Origin: Octopus bimaculoides
Taxonomy: Eukaryota
Length of the DNA stretch: 64,000 bases
NCBI RefSeq assembly: GCF_001194135.2
Contig: NC_068981.1
Coordinates: 134,643,465 to 134,707,464 of the forward strand
Reading direction: 5' to 3'
The translations under genes and the position numbers were made by a program. This document shows, one piece after another, positions 11,480 to 24,050 of the stretch (positions within the stretch are counted from its first letter, which is position 1; every line of letters begins with the position of its first letter). The notes under the pieces are model-generated. The model was not told the origin of the DNA. It did no database searches and saw nothing but the letters and a program-made list of their open reading frames with translations.

Positions 11480-14400
11480 TATATCTATCAACAATACTGT
11501 ATTTGATAATTATTTTTATGTCATGTAATCAATTTGCATATTAGTTTTGTTCAACTTCCATATGACTTTTTATATTGTTACTTATTCTATGTTTGATTTG
11601 TGCCTCTACTGTGTGTATCTGAATAGGTACACCATGTCCTTGCATATCATAAGAGGCAACTAAAAGAGTAAGCAAAAGGAAGAGCATCCAACAATAAAGC
11701 ACATCATCATCACAATTTAATCTTCACTTTTCCATGCTTTCGTGGTTCAGACAATTTGTTAAGACAGGTTTTCTACTGCTGGATGCTATTCCTATTACTA
11801 GCCCTCACCTATTTCCCCCATCAAAGGCTAGAAGCTAACAACATCACCTGTATGATGGTTATGTTCATTTGTAATTATCATATGCATATACAAATGAATA
11901 AACACATGCGCACACACACACACATACATATAAGATCAAGAAAGAGCGGACAAATTTCAGAAGTCAGTGTTCTTAATCACTCAATACATTTTAACATCCC
12001 CATTGGTTTTTTTAATATCCTCATTGATTTCTGATATGGATATACAACCTCATAAGATCTCCTGCAAATATATTTATGATTTATATGTGTTTATATATTT
12101 TTATATATGGGAGGAATTTTTCATGGTCTTCAGAATGAAAAACCACATTAACCCTTTTATTACTATATTTCTGTTGAAATACAGCCTCTTTAATTTCAAT
12201 AAATTATAGAAACAATGAAGAATATAGTAAAATTAATTTGCTATTATTAAGCTGCTGTTTGGAACATAACCTAAAATTGTAAGAGAAATTTTACTTTAGA
12301 TCACTTTGAAATAAGAAGTTTATGCCATAGAACCAGTGGCAATTTCAGGTGCCTTGGTATGAAAAAGGTTAATGTTCAGTGTGAAGTTTAGGGAATCAAA
12401 AGAAGCTGAGGTGAGTACAATGGTTAATTTTTAAGGATGTGGAGAAATGTAGAATTTAGTCATCTACTCCAAGGTTTGGGGTAATAGAGGTGTAGCAGAG
12501 AAAGAAAATAAGGAAAATCTTTAGTAGGAACTGAAGTTGATTAGGTGAAAGCTTGAGAACATGCTTTCATTAGACAATTTGATGAAACCAAGGAAGAAAT
12601 TTAAAATTCAGGTGATTAATCTCCTGAACAAATATTATTCCAGTGAATAATATTTGCTTGGGAGATTTAAATACCACCCATTTCCTTAAGGTTTCTTTAA
12701 TATCTAGTGCAGAAGATTGGTTTTACTAGAATGAATATTACAAAAAGAAAAAAAAGAAAAACAGTGAATTTTCTCATTTTTTTTTTTTTTTTTCATTACA
12801 TCTTTCCTCACATCATAATGAGGGGTGGGCGAGGAGTTCCAAGAAAAAAAATGTAATAAATGAATGAGTGCTAAATGAATTATTTCTGCACACTTCGTAA
12901 ATGAAACATATGGCAGATTCATTGAAACTTGTGGCCAACCACACTGTCATGTATTTTCTACCTTATCCTGTAGAGAAAACCCTTGTCTGCATTATTTTTA
13001 CGATCAGGCACCTTTATATCTTTTTTGTTCACTGGTGGCATGTTGATGGGTACTTGTACATAAATCCATATCAAAAATATGCAGCCTCACAGTACAATCA
13101 TGTAAACATAAGTGCTCATCAGTGTATCCTGGGTTGCTGAGTATTGTGGATGATTGCTGGAGTGTGTTTTTGTGATACAAGCTAAATCTTCAACTAATTA
13201 CCAACCCATGTTATCACAGATCAATCTATGATAAAGATATCATGGTTCACAATTGAGCATACCTTGTTATCCCTGATCAGTGATGAATGAATCAATGATA
13301 AACAAGGAAACATGTATTATTAAAATATTATGACATCAGTGTTAAAGATTCATAATTCATGGTTTTTAATTATTTTTCTCATTTCTGTTACATGTCATTC
13401 TCTGTTCTTTTCAACTAATATTTCGATTCTCACTGAAATATTCCATTTGTTTAATATCTGTGCAAATATCATTGTTAGTATTCCCAGTGTTACCTATAGA
13501 TTTAACTGCTAGCCATGGATGGGGGTATACAGATGATGAAAATAAAGATTGAAGATCAGAGCAGAGCTGTTTCCTGTATGTTTGTGAATCTAGATATGAA
13601 TAAAGGGTCTGGTGTGGAAAGAAGATATATAAAAAAAAACTGATATGATTATAGTTTTGTTAAATAAGCTAACTATATATTTAAAGTAGATGTGACAGAT
13701 TTATTACCATTTTGCTATTACTTTTTCTCAGCTATTCCATTTATTTATTCACTGAATGTCAACCCTCACTTAAACTTGACATATTTTCATTTTTTTTTTT
13801 TTTTTGTGGTAAAACAGAGAATTTTCCAACTATTGAAATATTATTCATGTTCCAAGCTGACATTTTTTAAGGGGTGTTGAGAGGGAAGCAACAACTCCTA
13901 TTTGGTAATAGATATTGCTTATGGTGTTACATCTCTCTCTCTCTCTCTCACTCACTCACTCACACACACACACACACACACACATACACACACACGTACA
14001 CATGTACACACATTAACATTGCTGTTAATAAGCTTGCGGAAAAGATTTGGAACAATTATGTGTATTACTGGTGCATTTAAATAATGTGCAAGTATAACCT
14101 CACTCTTAATCCACTCCCACAGGGCAGTTTGAAATCACAATTTAATTGGTCTATATTTTCAAGTCATCTTAATCTTTTTTGTCTTTTACTTGTTTCAGTC
14201 ACTGGACTGCAGGCCATGCTGGGGCATTGTACAGGAGGCTTTATCTTCTATTAGTCTCTTTTGCTCAACTGCTAGGTTAGAGGGATGTAAACAAACCAAC
14301 ACCAGTGGGAAAGTGATGGTAGCAGACACACACCTACATATTATACACACACAGATGTATGACAGGCTTCCACACAGTCTCTGTCTCCCAAATTCACTTG

Positions 14401-14660
14401 CAAGGCTTTGGTTGGCCTGAGGTTATAGTGGAAGGTACTTGCCCAAGACACTGTGCAGTGGAACAGATCTCAAGACCACATAGTTGTAAGCATGCTTCTT
14501 AACGACATGGCGTTTTTTTTTTTTTTAAATAAACCAGTGTCAGTATTGTAATATTATGGGTCTTACCAGTCTAATATTATTCTATATGATAACGAACAGA
14601 AAATACTCATTTAATTAAGAAATTTACATGAAATATAAATTTAGTTAATACATAATACAT

Positions 14661-14839
14661 AGATGCAAGTATGGCTATATGGTTAAGAAGTTCACTTTGC
14701 AATCACATAGTTTCAGGTTCAGTCCCACCATGTGACACCTTGGGCAATTATATTTTATAGCCTCAAGTCAATCAATGCCTTATGAATGGAGTTGATGGAC
14801 AGAAGTTGTGTGGAACCCTGTAATGTGTGTGCGTTTGTG

Positions 14840-14883
<44 letters not shown>

Positions 14884-15812
14884 GTAGTCTGATCAATAAG
14901 TATCCAGACTGTTGCCATAGTAACAAAGTTAAAGCAAACAGAGTGAAGCCACTTGGCACAGATTGACTTTGAACTCTGCTGTTCGTGCACACTAAGTTTT
15001 AATGTTCTAGCTCAATTCTACTGTCTACAGCAGTGTCGGAAGTAACATGTGTAGCTTGTGTTCATCGCATTGATGATGACAGAAAAAAAACTAAGAAAGA
15101 ATCTGCATCCAATTTTGCCAAAAGTTTGGCAATACCTGTTCAGAAGCCTACACAAAGTTTTCAAAAGTTTTCATTATTCTCGACGCAATCAAAGAGATTT
15201 TTTGCAACTGAAACCCGAGTGTCTTTTTAATCAGCTGAAAGCAGTTTTGACACAAACTTGGCAGACGTGTATCTCATACCCAAATCTTCATTGATAATGG
15301 ACTGAACTGAACTGTAACTAATCTGCACATCCTCTGATAACTCCTGGATGGTAATTTGACAATTCCCCCTCACAGCTGCATGCACACCTGTGATGCTCTT
15401 CTCAGTTCTGCTGGTTGCAGGTCTCCTAGAACATTTGTGAATATCAACATTTTTTTGGTCATCTTGGAAAGGTCTGAACCATTCATACACTTGTGTGCAG
15501 CTCATACACTCCTCTCCTTACACATTCTGAAACATTGCGCAGGCCTCTGAGCAGGTATCACCACAACAAATTTCTCTGTCATGGTCAATGCAACGATCAC
15601 ACATTACACACCTTCCTTCCAAGCACTGCTATAAACAGCAAAAGTGAGCTAGAATGTTAAAACTGAGTGCGCATACACAGCAGAGGTCAAGGTCAATCTT
15701 TGCCAAGCAGCTTCACTCTGTGTGCTTTAGCTTTGTTTCTATGGCGATAGTCTGGATGCTTATTGATCAGACCTTTTTACATATATATATATATATATAT
15801 ATATAGATATAG

Positions 15813-15853
<41 letters not shown>

Positions 15854-16060
15854 TGTGTATGTGTGTGTCCTCTCCACATGACAACCAGTGTTTGTTTGTT
15901 TATGTTCTTGTAACTTAGTGGTTTGACAAAAGGGACCTATAGACTGAGTACCAGACTCAGAAAAATAAATACTGGGGTCAATTATTTTTCAACTAAACCT
16001 TTCAGAAACAGTGCCCCAGCATGGCCACAGTTCATTGAATGAAACAATTAAAGAGATAAG
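14661..16060 (+). mobile_element. Dominant-family SINE split by the double-ended mariner
   Basis: Head at 14661-14830 and tail at 15860-16060 match the 50207 copy. Confidence 0.75.
14883..15777. mobile_element. Non-autonomous mariner derivative made of two 5' ends in inverted orientation
   Basis: Both ends carry the same TIR, subterminal region and transposase start (ATGACAGAAAAA on +, ATGACAGAGAAA on -). The minus arm encodes an HTH (VYEWFRPF...ITIQELSEDVQISYSSVQSII). It sits in the (TA)n tract of a SINE. Confidence 0.85.
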
Positions 16061-17933
16061 CACATGATCTCTTTTACCATTTGCTTTTCCCAAGTTGATT
16101 TAGTTTACATTAACCTCTACATAATTGCATCTGTTAGCAGGGCCAGATGCACAAATACATTTTTTTTTATAACTTCCTCATGAGATTATGAACAGCTAAA
16201 GCAGCTCATGCAATATATTGTCCTTTATATATCAACTGCAGTGACTGGGGAAAAGTGACAGTGGTGGTGTTGGCAGTGGTGGTGTTGGCAGTGGCGGCAG
16301 TGTGTGTGTGTGTGTGAGATAAAGAATATAGAAATATCAACATTCTTGTCAGGAATGCTGCAGAAGCAAAATAAGTAATGTGTGTTGTTTGTTATTACTA
16401 ATATCAGATGTGATCTGTCATAATGTCTTATAATGTGAGGTGTGTAGTGAGAAATAGTAATTGTATGATTATGATTCTTGACAGTGATTGATTTATTCTT
16501 GTTGAACTTCATGGCTACATCAGCCTTTGTTGTACTTCCGTTATTGATAACCACTGATAAAGAGAGCAAAGGCTAACTACTTTATAATTTAAACTTAGTG
16601 CTGGTGTCATTCTGCAGTCCTAGACCAGCTTTGATTGAGTAGCTATAGGATCAATGTGATTCCAGCCATGACCATCCTGTTGAGGCTTCCTCATCAGTTC
16701 AAACTTTGTACCATAAGTACATTTTGTGTAAGGACAACAGCTGGTGCAACAATTTATATCAAGTGAAATTTAGAGAAAATTTTTAATTTGAGGCAGAATT
16801 TTTACAGCTGGATGCACTTCCTGCCATCAACCTGTTTTTCAAGTCATAGATTTTCATTCCAGACCAACCAGTTTTTGAATAGGTTAAATATAATTTGCCA
16901 ACCAATATTCAGCTTGTTTGTTCTCTATACTTCTGCTCTTATTATAGTTTTTGGTTCATATTTTTGCTGGTTGTAAAAACTAAAGGTGTTTTAAGATGGT
17001 CCCAGTTTAGGTCATCTGCCAGCAAACCAAAGTAACGGAGAATCACATTGAACCTACCCTGATTCCAAACATGCGCTATTTGTGAATGTTGATTCCAGTG
17101 GGAGCTGATTCTACAAGCTAGGAAGGCATGCAGACACATACATTTATTAATATATCATAGATAAATCTGCAAGTGCAGTGTTAGTGGACAATTTGTCAGC
17201 AAGATATGTCAATAAACTTCATCAACTGCAGCCCAAGTTTTCTAAATGTTCATACAGACATGCACGCATACACACAGACACACACACACATACATGAGGG
17301 GATTCTTTCAGCTTCTATTTATCAAATTTCCTCACAAGGCATTAGTAGGCCTAGGGTTATAATAAAAGACACTTGCCCAAGGTGTCATGCAGTGGGACGA
17401 AACTCAAAACTATGTGACTGACAAGTAAACTTCTTAAGCACACAGCCAACAGAAAGGGCATCTAGCTATAGAAAATCTACCTCAGTAGATTCCATCTAGC
17501 CCATGTTTGCATGGAAAAGTGGTTATTGAAATAATGATGATGATGACAATAGCCATGCCCACACCTTTGTGTCATCATTTTTTTAATTACATCTATAATG
17601 AATGTCATTGTTGTTTTCTACATTAGCAATGGTAGCTTGAGGTTTTCTTAACAGGTATTAAGGATTGTGAAACGACTGAAGGAATTTTTCTTAAATTTTA
17701 AATCATCAGAATGAATATTTCTTTTTTACTGTAGTAACTTTTGTTTACTTGTGTTGAGAAATTATGCAAATTTAAATCAAATCTTGCACACCAAATACAC
17801 ATATGAAATTTGTTTTTTTTTTTCCATCATTCCAATAAAATTTTTAAAGATTTTTTTTCCCACTGTGTCAATTTTCTCACAAACTCATTTAAGCATGCCA
17901 GTCTACTTCATTTAGTTTACTTACTAGTATATA

Positions 17934-19186
17934 TTGGGTCATTCCATAAATAATGAGTTTTTTTTATACTTCTTTTATTTTTCAAAATTAAGATAAAGTT
18001 CTTTTTTAATCTAAAATATACACTCCTTCATTTTCTAAAATGCTCTTCCATCTATCTGGTAGACTTGCAAGGCCCCTCTCCCAAAATTCACTTGTCCATG
18101 ATGAAAAATACTCCTCCAGTACTATTCTGACCTCATCTCCAGAATTCATTTTTTATCCGCCCAAATGATTTTAAAGACTGCAGAATAAATGATAATCAGA
18201 TGGGGTAATGTCCAGCAAATATGGTGGGTGGGGTATTGTTTCCCATTCAAACTGCTCCGGCCTTTGAAATGTCATCTTTGCTGTATGTGGCTGAGCATTA
18301 TCCTGATGGAAGAGCACTTTTCGTCTTGAAACCAAAGATGGTCGTTTTTCTTCTTGTGCTGATTTAAGCCACTTAAGTAGATCTCCTTTGTTATCATTTG
18401 ATTTGGGTTTAAAAGTTCAAAGTGGACTAAACTTTTTATATCCCACCAAACAGATAACAACACCTTACATGGAGGAAGACCTTCTTTAGCCTGTGGTGCT
18501 AGTGTTTCTCCTTTCCCTACCTACTGTCTCTAGTGCTTGATATTCTTATAGAGAACCCATTTCTCATCACCAGTCATTATTCGGTCCCAAAAAAGGTTCA
18601 TTCATGAGATGTGACAGCAAAGAAGAGCACACATTCACTCTATGTGCATGATTAGACTCAGAAATTTGTGTGAAACCCATTGACCCAATTTGCCGACTTT
18701 TCTGGTGACATGCACATTTGATGAATGGTTGAATGACAAAATCCAAGCTTCTCTACTAGTTCCTCAACAGTTACAATAGAATTTTGTTCCACCAGAGTTT
18801 GCAGGACATCTTCATCGAGCTCTACAGATCTTCTAGGCTGTAATTTCCAGCTCGGTTTTTGGAACCACCATTGATACTGGCTTACACTTATTATCTGATC
18901 CCCATATATTGCATTAATATTCCTTGCACTTTCCATTGCATTGTTGCCTTTATTGAACTTATAAAGCAAAATGTGCTGAATATGCTCCTTTGCTACTTGC
19001 ATTATAGCTTTGAAAAAATAACTGTTAAAATCAAACTGCACTCTTAAAAACTTGCACTAAGAATAAGCACAAGGTAAAATTACTACCTGCTTCTATAGCA
19101 AGTTGATGCAAGTAGTTTATCCCATCCCCCTCCGACTTTTAGTTCACACAGTTGAAAAAACCTGCATCATTTATGGGATGACCCAA
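17934..19186 (-). mobile_element. Full-length degenerate mariner transposon
   Basis: TIRs TTGGGTCATTCCATAAATAATG / CATCATTTATGGGATGACCCAA flanked by TA; length 1253 bp. Fragments include the N-terminal HTH (MQVAKEHIQHILLYKFNKG), LSVWWDIKSLVHFELL and a PDITPSDYHLF-like motif. Frameshifted. Confidence 0.92.
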
Positions 19187-19530
19187 TACATACACACATA
19201 CACACACATACATACATATGATGGACTCTCCTCACAAAGACAATATATGAGCATTCAGCCTTTTGCCGAACGACCTGCACAAGTGATTTACTTATAGTGA
19301 TCAAATGTTCATGTTGTACATTTTCTCACTCTCTCCATCAAATCAACGTCGTCTGAATAGGTGCACTGTGTAGATCACAGAGCAACATGAGATGAAATGT
19401 TTTGCTCAAGAACACAATGCACCACCCAATCTAGGAAATGAAATCCCAATCTTGCAATCATGAGTGCACCCTCTTATATGTGTGTGTGTGTGTGTGTAAT
19501 GGAATAATTACTGTAAAGCATTGTGTAGAA

Positions 19531-19818
19531 TATATTGTATAAAGGATCATGGGTAAGGCCAAAACAAGGCAAATTAAATGCAAGGTGAATCACAAGAAAA
19601 CAGATATGTGAATTAATGTAGACTTACCTTGTATTCAATATTTCAGGTTTATGACCCCATTTTCAAGAAATTGACGAATTTCTTGAAAATGGGGTCATAA
19701 CCCCGAAATATTGAATACAAGGTAAGTCTACATTAATTCACATATTTGTTTTCTTGTGATTTACCTTGTGTTTACTTCACATTGTTTTGGCCTTACCCAC
19801 CATCTTTTATACAATATA
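19531..19818. repeat. 288-bp near-perfect palindrome (foldback/MITE-like)
   Basis: Arms of about 142 bp pair without apparent indels around a GACG loop (19673-19676); TA-rich termini. Confidence 0.85.
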
Positions 19819-21708
19819 TATATGTATTTAACTAGCAATTTCTATACCAAATAGTTGCTTCATCAGTATTGGACTGGTGATAATGAAGAATTAATTAATT
19901 AATTAACAAATCATTTAAAATAAATCAAGCTCAGTAGTTGATAGCTCTGAGTTTGAAACCTGTTATTGTTAATTCAATTTCTCCTGTATCTGCTAAGATA
20001 ACTGGGTTAAAGTTATCCATGTTAAAACTGTTTATCAATTTCATCTTTTTACCCTCTCTATCAGTTTGTCTCTTTTCAAAATCTCTTGTCTCCTTTCAAA
20101 GGTTCTAGTCATTTAGGAATTATTAACTAGATATATATCAATGAGTGTTTATAAGACATCAAAATACTTGTATCATGATGTGTTTCAGGAATACATTATT
20201 AGATCAGAATTGTGTTGGTCTCACTTTCACTGGTGAATTCTTTATTGCTAAACTCACTTTTCAATTCCTAACATCTGTTTAGTGATGGAAAAGTTGTTAA
20301 CAACATAAGAATACTGCAAGATGGTATCAGGTGACATATTTGTGATTTTTTTAAAGATATTAAAATTTCCTTATTTGATTGCTGCTGAAAGCAACTTAGT
20401 GAAAATAGTAGTTCGTTTTGCAAAATTACATTTTTTTTTCTTTTTAAACAAATCTTTTTCATGTTTGTATTTCTAATAGAATACACCATTAATGTTAATT
20501 TTTAAAATAATAAAAAGTTTTGAGAGAATTTAACCTTTTAGCATTCAAACCAGCCATATCCGGCCAAAATATTCTACTTGTTTTATGTTCAAACTGGCCA
20601 GATCTGACCTTTGCCATCTAACCTAAAAATAAACAATCACATCATCAAAATCTCAAAGCTTAGAGATAATGAATGATTGATTCAAAACAATGTGAATAAA
20701 TAAGCCTTAAATTTGACAGAATACTAAAGGTTTAATAAAATAACTTCTCCAGTGTTAACTCCTTAATTTCCTGTTTGACATGAATCTTCCCAACAGCATA
20801 TGTGTCTTTCAGTTTTGTACCATCTGAAACTAGACTCATGTTTATATTCATTTTTAAATAAATTATGAACTCTCTAATTTAAGTGTGAAAACTTTAATCT
20901 CTTCCGCTCTTATTTATTTACATTCTGTAATGCCTTCTATTAAAATCAAAGCACATAATGCTGAATTTTTGCAGTTTATTTTTCTGTGTTTATTTTGTGA
21001 AAACTTGGTTATGCTATGTTTCAAGGGAGTAATAATGAAAAAGGTACAAAAAGGACATGGGAATTTTTTTAAAGTCTGTAATGTTTGTATGTTCAAGACT
21101 GTTATTAATTGCATTTAATTCATTAGTAACTTGTTTCTTTTCTCTTTTTATAGTACATCTATTATTAATTATTATTATTTAATTCACAAACATACATGCA
21201 AAACATTATTTTTAACACAAAGAAAGACATTAGTCTTTTGCGCAAAACTGCCAATTTTCCCAATAACCTAAGTAGGGTTATACACATTATAACATTTGAC
21301 CAAAAATGTCCATTTTTAGGTATTTTCTGTTCACTCTTTACTAGATTGAGCTTTTGATTTTGAAAATTTTCAGCAGAATCTTAAGAATTAAGTTGGTGCT
21401 TGGAGCATAACTTAAAATATTTTTACACATAATTATAATAGAATATTTAAATTTAAATAAAAACACATTAAAATGGTTTTGTTTCATAAAACTAAGGGTG
21501 GTGTCATCTGGATCACACTCTTCCTCTTTCTATAGGCAAGAAAAATTATTATAAAATGACACTTTCTCTTTTATATATTTCATTAGTAAAACGTCCGATA
21601 TTTAATTATCACTTTCATTTTATAAATCATAAAATTTCAAAAATTCTATATATTCCTAATGTTATTTTGTTTTACTATCTGCAGGTAACGTAAAGAAATT
21701 TTACCACT

Positions 21709-21750
21709 ATGCCAAAGAAACGCCAAGGCAAGGTAACAAACAAGGAAGTT
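21709..21750 (+). CDS. Probable start-codon exon (exon 21685-21750), encoding MPKKRQGKVTNKEV
   Basis: Acceptor tttactatctgcag| and donor GTT|gtaagt. There is an in-frame TAA upstream of the ATG, A at -3, and a basic NLS-like N-terminus. The phase-0 end is compatible with exon 61297. A second frame (NVKKFYHYAKETPRQGNKQGS) is also open, so the frame is not certain. Confidence 0.55.
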
Positions 21751-22949
21751 GTAAGTGTTCTAAACTGCGCTTTTTTTTCATTTTATGTATTTTTGTTGTT
21801 CCAGTTTCATGTTAAATAGAAATAGATTGTTGTATTGTAAGAAATTAATATTTTCAACTGCTACTTCATTACACTTTGATAATATTTTTCTTTTTATAAA
21901 GTTATTATGAAAGGATTTTAATATTACTATGTATGCATGTGTGTGTATGTATCTATATAATATTTTTAATTGCACAATAATATGTGTGTATCTGGGTCTT
22001 TATACATGTGTGCATGTATACGGATGTATATATTGTACAGCAAATTTAAGAACTTCATTTGCCTGCCAAACTTATATCTGTCCATCAAATAAATATATGA
22101 CAATTTTATTTATGAACCTCCAATTTTTATTCAAATGTTGCTTTTAGCCATTTTTAACTTTCTCACATTCTGATTTTTAAAAGTAAAGAAATTATGTTTA
22201 ATTAGATTTCTGTGAAATTGTTCTAAAATGTTAGAAAAACACTTGAAAAGAATTGTATTGCATCTTATTCAAGTCACAGAGCTTACTGGCTCTACTGTAC
22301 ATTACGTTATAAAAGATAAAGAACAAGTGTTGGCATCAAGGTCTAAGAATTAATTGCTTTTATTTTAGTGATTTACAGCAACTGAAATTTGATGTGTAAA
22401 TGCCTCATAGGCAAGTCTTGATCTGATCCCTATTGTGTGATTTTGCAAGGGAGTTAAAAGCCAAATAAGAGAGTTGTGAGAATTCTCTCTTGTCAAGTAC
22501 TCCTTATATAACATATTTCTTCATAAAATGTAGTTTCTATAATTTAAAGTTGTTAGGAGTTTAATGATGTGACTAGGACATATAAGTGTGATGGGGCAGG
22601 GTGCTTACAGACTATCGTATACATATTTGTAAGATGGTAGAAATGTTTGTTTTCTTTTTAGAGGAAAAGGAGTTGTCCTTCAAGAGTCTCCACAGTCAGT
22701 ATGTTAGATAAGGTGCTCTGATTGTTAAATGTGTATTGGGTTTGTTTAATGTGATGGTAATTACACCATTAGGAACCTTTTGTTGTCTATAGTATTTATG
22801 ACTAGGGGCATGTAGATGTTATGTTGCTTGGGCTCCAGATTTAGGTACATGGGTTTAATACCTATAAGTTACTAATATGTTATAATAAAGGTAGTACTTT
22901 TATATTTCTACTACAGCAAGTTCTGATCATATTTTGTTGGCATTGTAAT

Positions 22950-24050
22950 GGCCAGTCTTGTAAGAAACAGCATGTTAGATCTGTAACATTCTTAGGCATC
23001 ATGTTGATAACTTGTGTTTCATGGCTGATAAAATGTAGCATTGAAGCAGTGCAGGGCAAATTGATAATCTGACATATCTCTTCAGCTCCTGTGAAAATTT
23101 TGTTGGACCATATAGATCCTTCAATCCTGAGGATTCAAGGTGAATTTTCAGCTGGTTGAAAAATAATTGAAAATATTGTTATGCATACTAGGAGTCATTA
23201 TTATTGTTTTTTTAGTTTGGTATGGAATGTTCTGAGACTATCTTCTTCAGGTGTGCAATAACACAAAATGCTCTGAGATTATCTTCAAGTGTGTAATAAC
23301 GCACCTGAAAATAGAATGTGTGAGTTTTCTCACAAGGCGGAACTTGTTTTGGCTATCCTCTGCTACAGATAATGTGTTGCTACCATTAAAAACTATGAAA
23401 ATTGTATGCCACAAGTGGGTGGAATTTCTGACAACATAAATAGGTCTTTACTTTTGGCAGTTTGGTGGTTTATATCTCCAACTATTCTGTTAAAACCTTA
23501 GTTATTCTGTCAAGTAGCTTGAACTTCTTTCCATGTAGATGGAGATATTGTATTTTCTTCAGTGTGTCTAGAGTACATAGGTGTACTATCCTAGTTCTTT
23601 GTACAATGGTCCCATTTGTTGTTCCAATTTCATAACAGTAATTCCAGTAGTGGAGAACTAGGACATTCTAAGTACATGGAACCTTCTGACAATCATCTTT
23701 CTAGAAGCAATAAGTTTGTATTTGTATGACTTATATTCAGGCAGCTGAAGTATTTAATGTATCCAATCCCTTTTCAGTATTATTTCTGCATGAACTCATC
23801 ATCATATTGTGTCTGCAAGGTATTTACCTCTCTGGTGTTTAGATTATATCCCAATCATAATCCTATATCTGAAGAAACATTTACCCTAACCATGATGGTA
23901 CATTAGAATTCTTCTTGGCTTTGTATTCCAGTATGTTTTGGTCCATTTCAATTCCTATGTAATCTATGTAGATATAAGAAGCAAACAAATAAGTTGTAAA
24001 GTATTTTATGCTCAATGTTAGAATATCTGGTCTCAATATCAGCCAGAAAT
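22950..24050 (-). mobile_element. Highly degenerate CR1-like LINE 3' part
   Basis: Minus-strand remnants VLHYWNYC, TKLPKVKDL and INMMPKNVTDL match C-terminal CR1 motifs. Confidence 0.45.

Noticed and set aside
16942-17139. Minus-strand ORF/exon candidate (WNQHSQIAHVWNQGRF...)
   Set aside because: Short, has no partner exons, and shows no recognisable homology.
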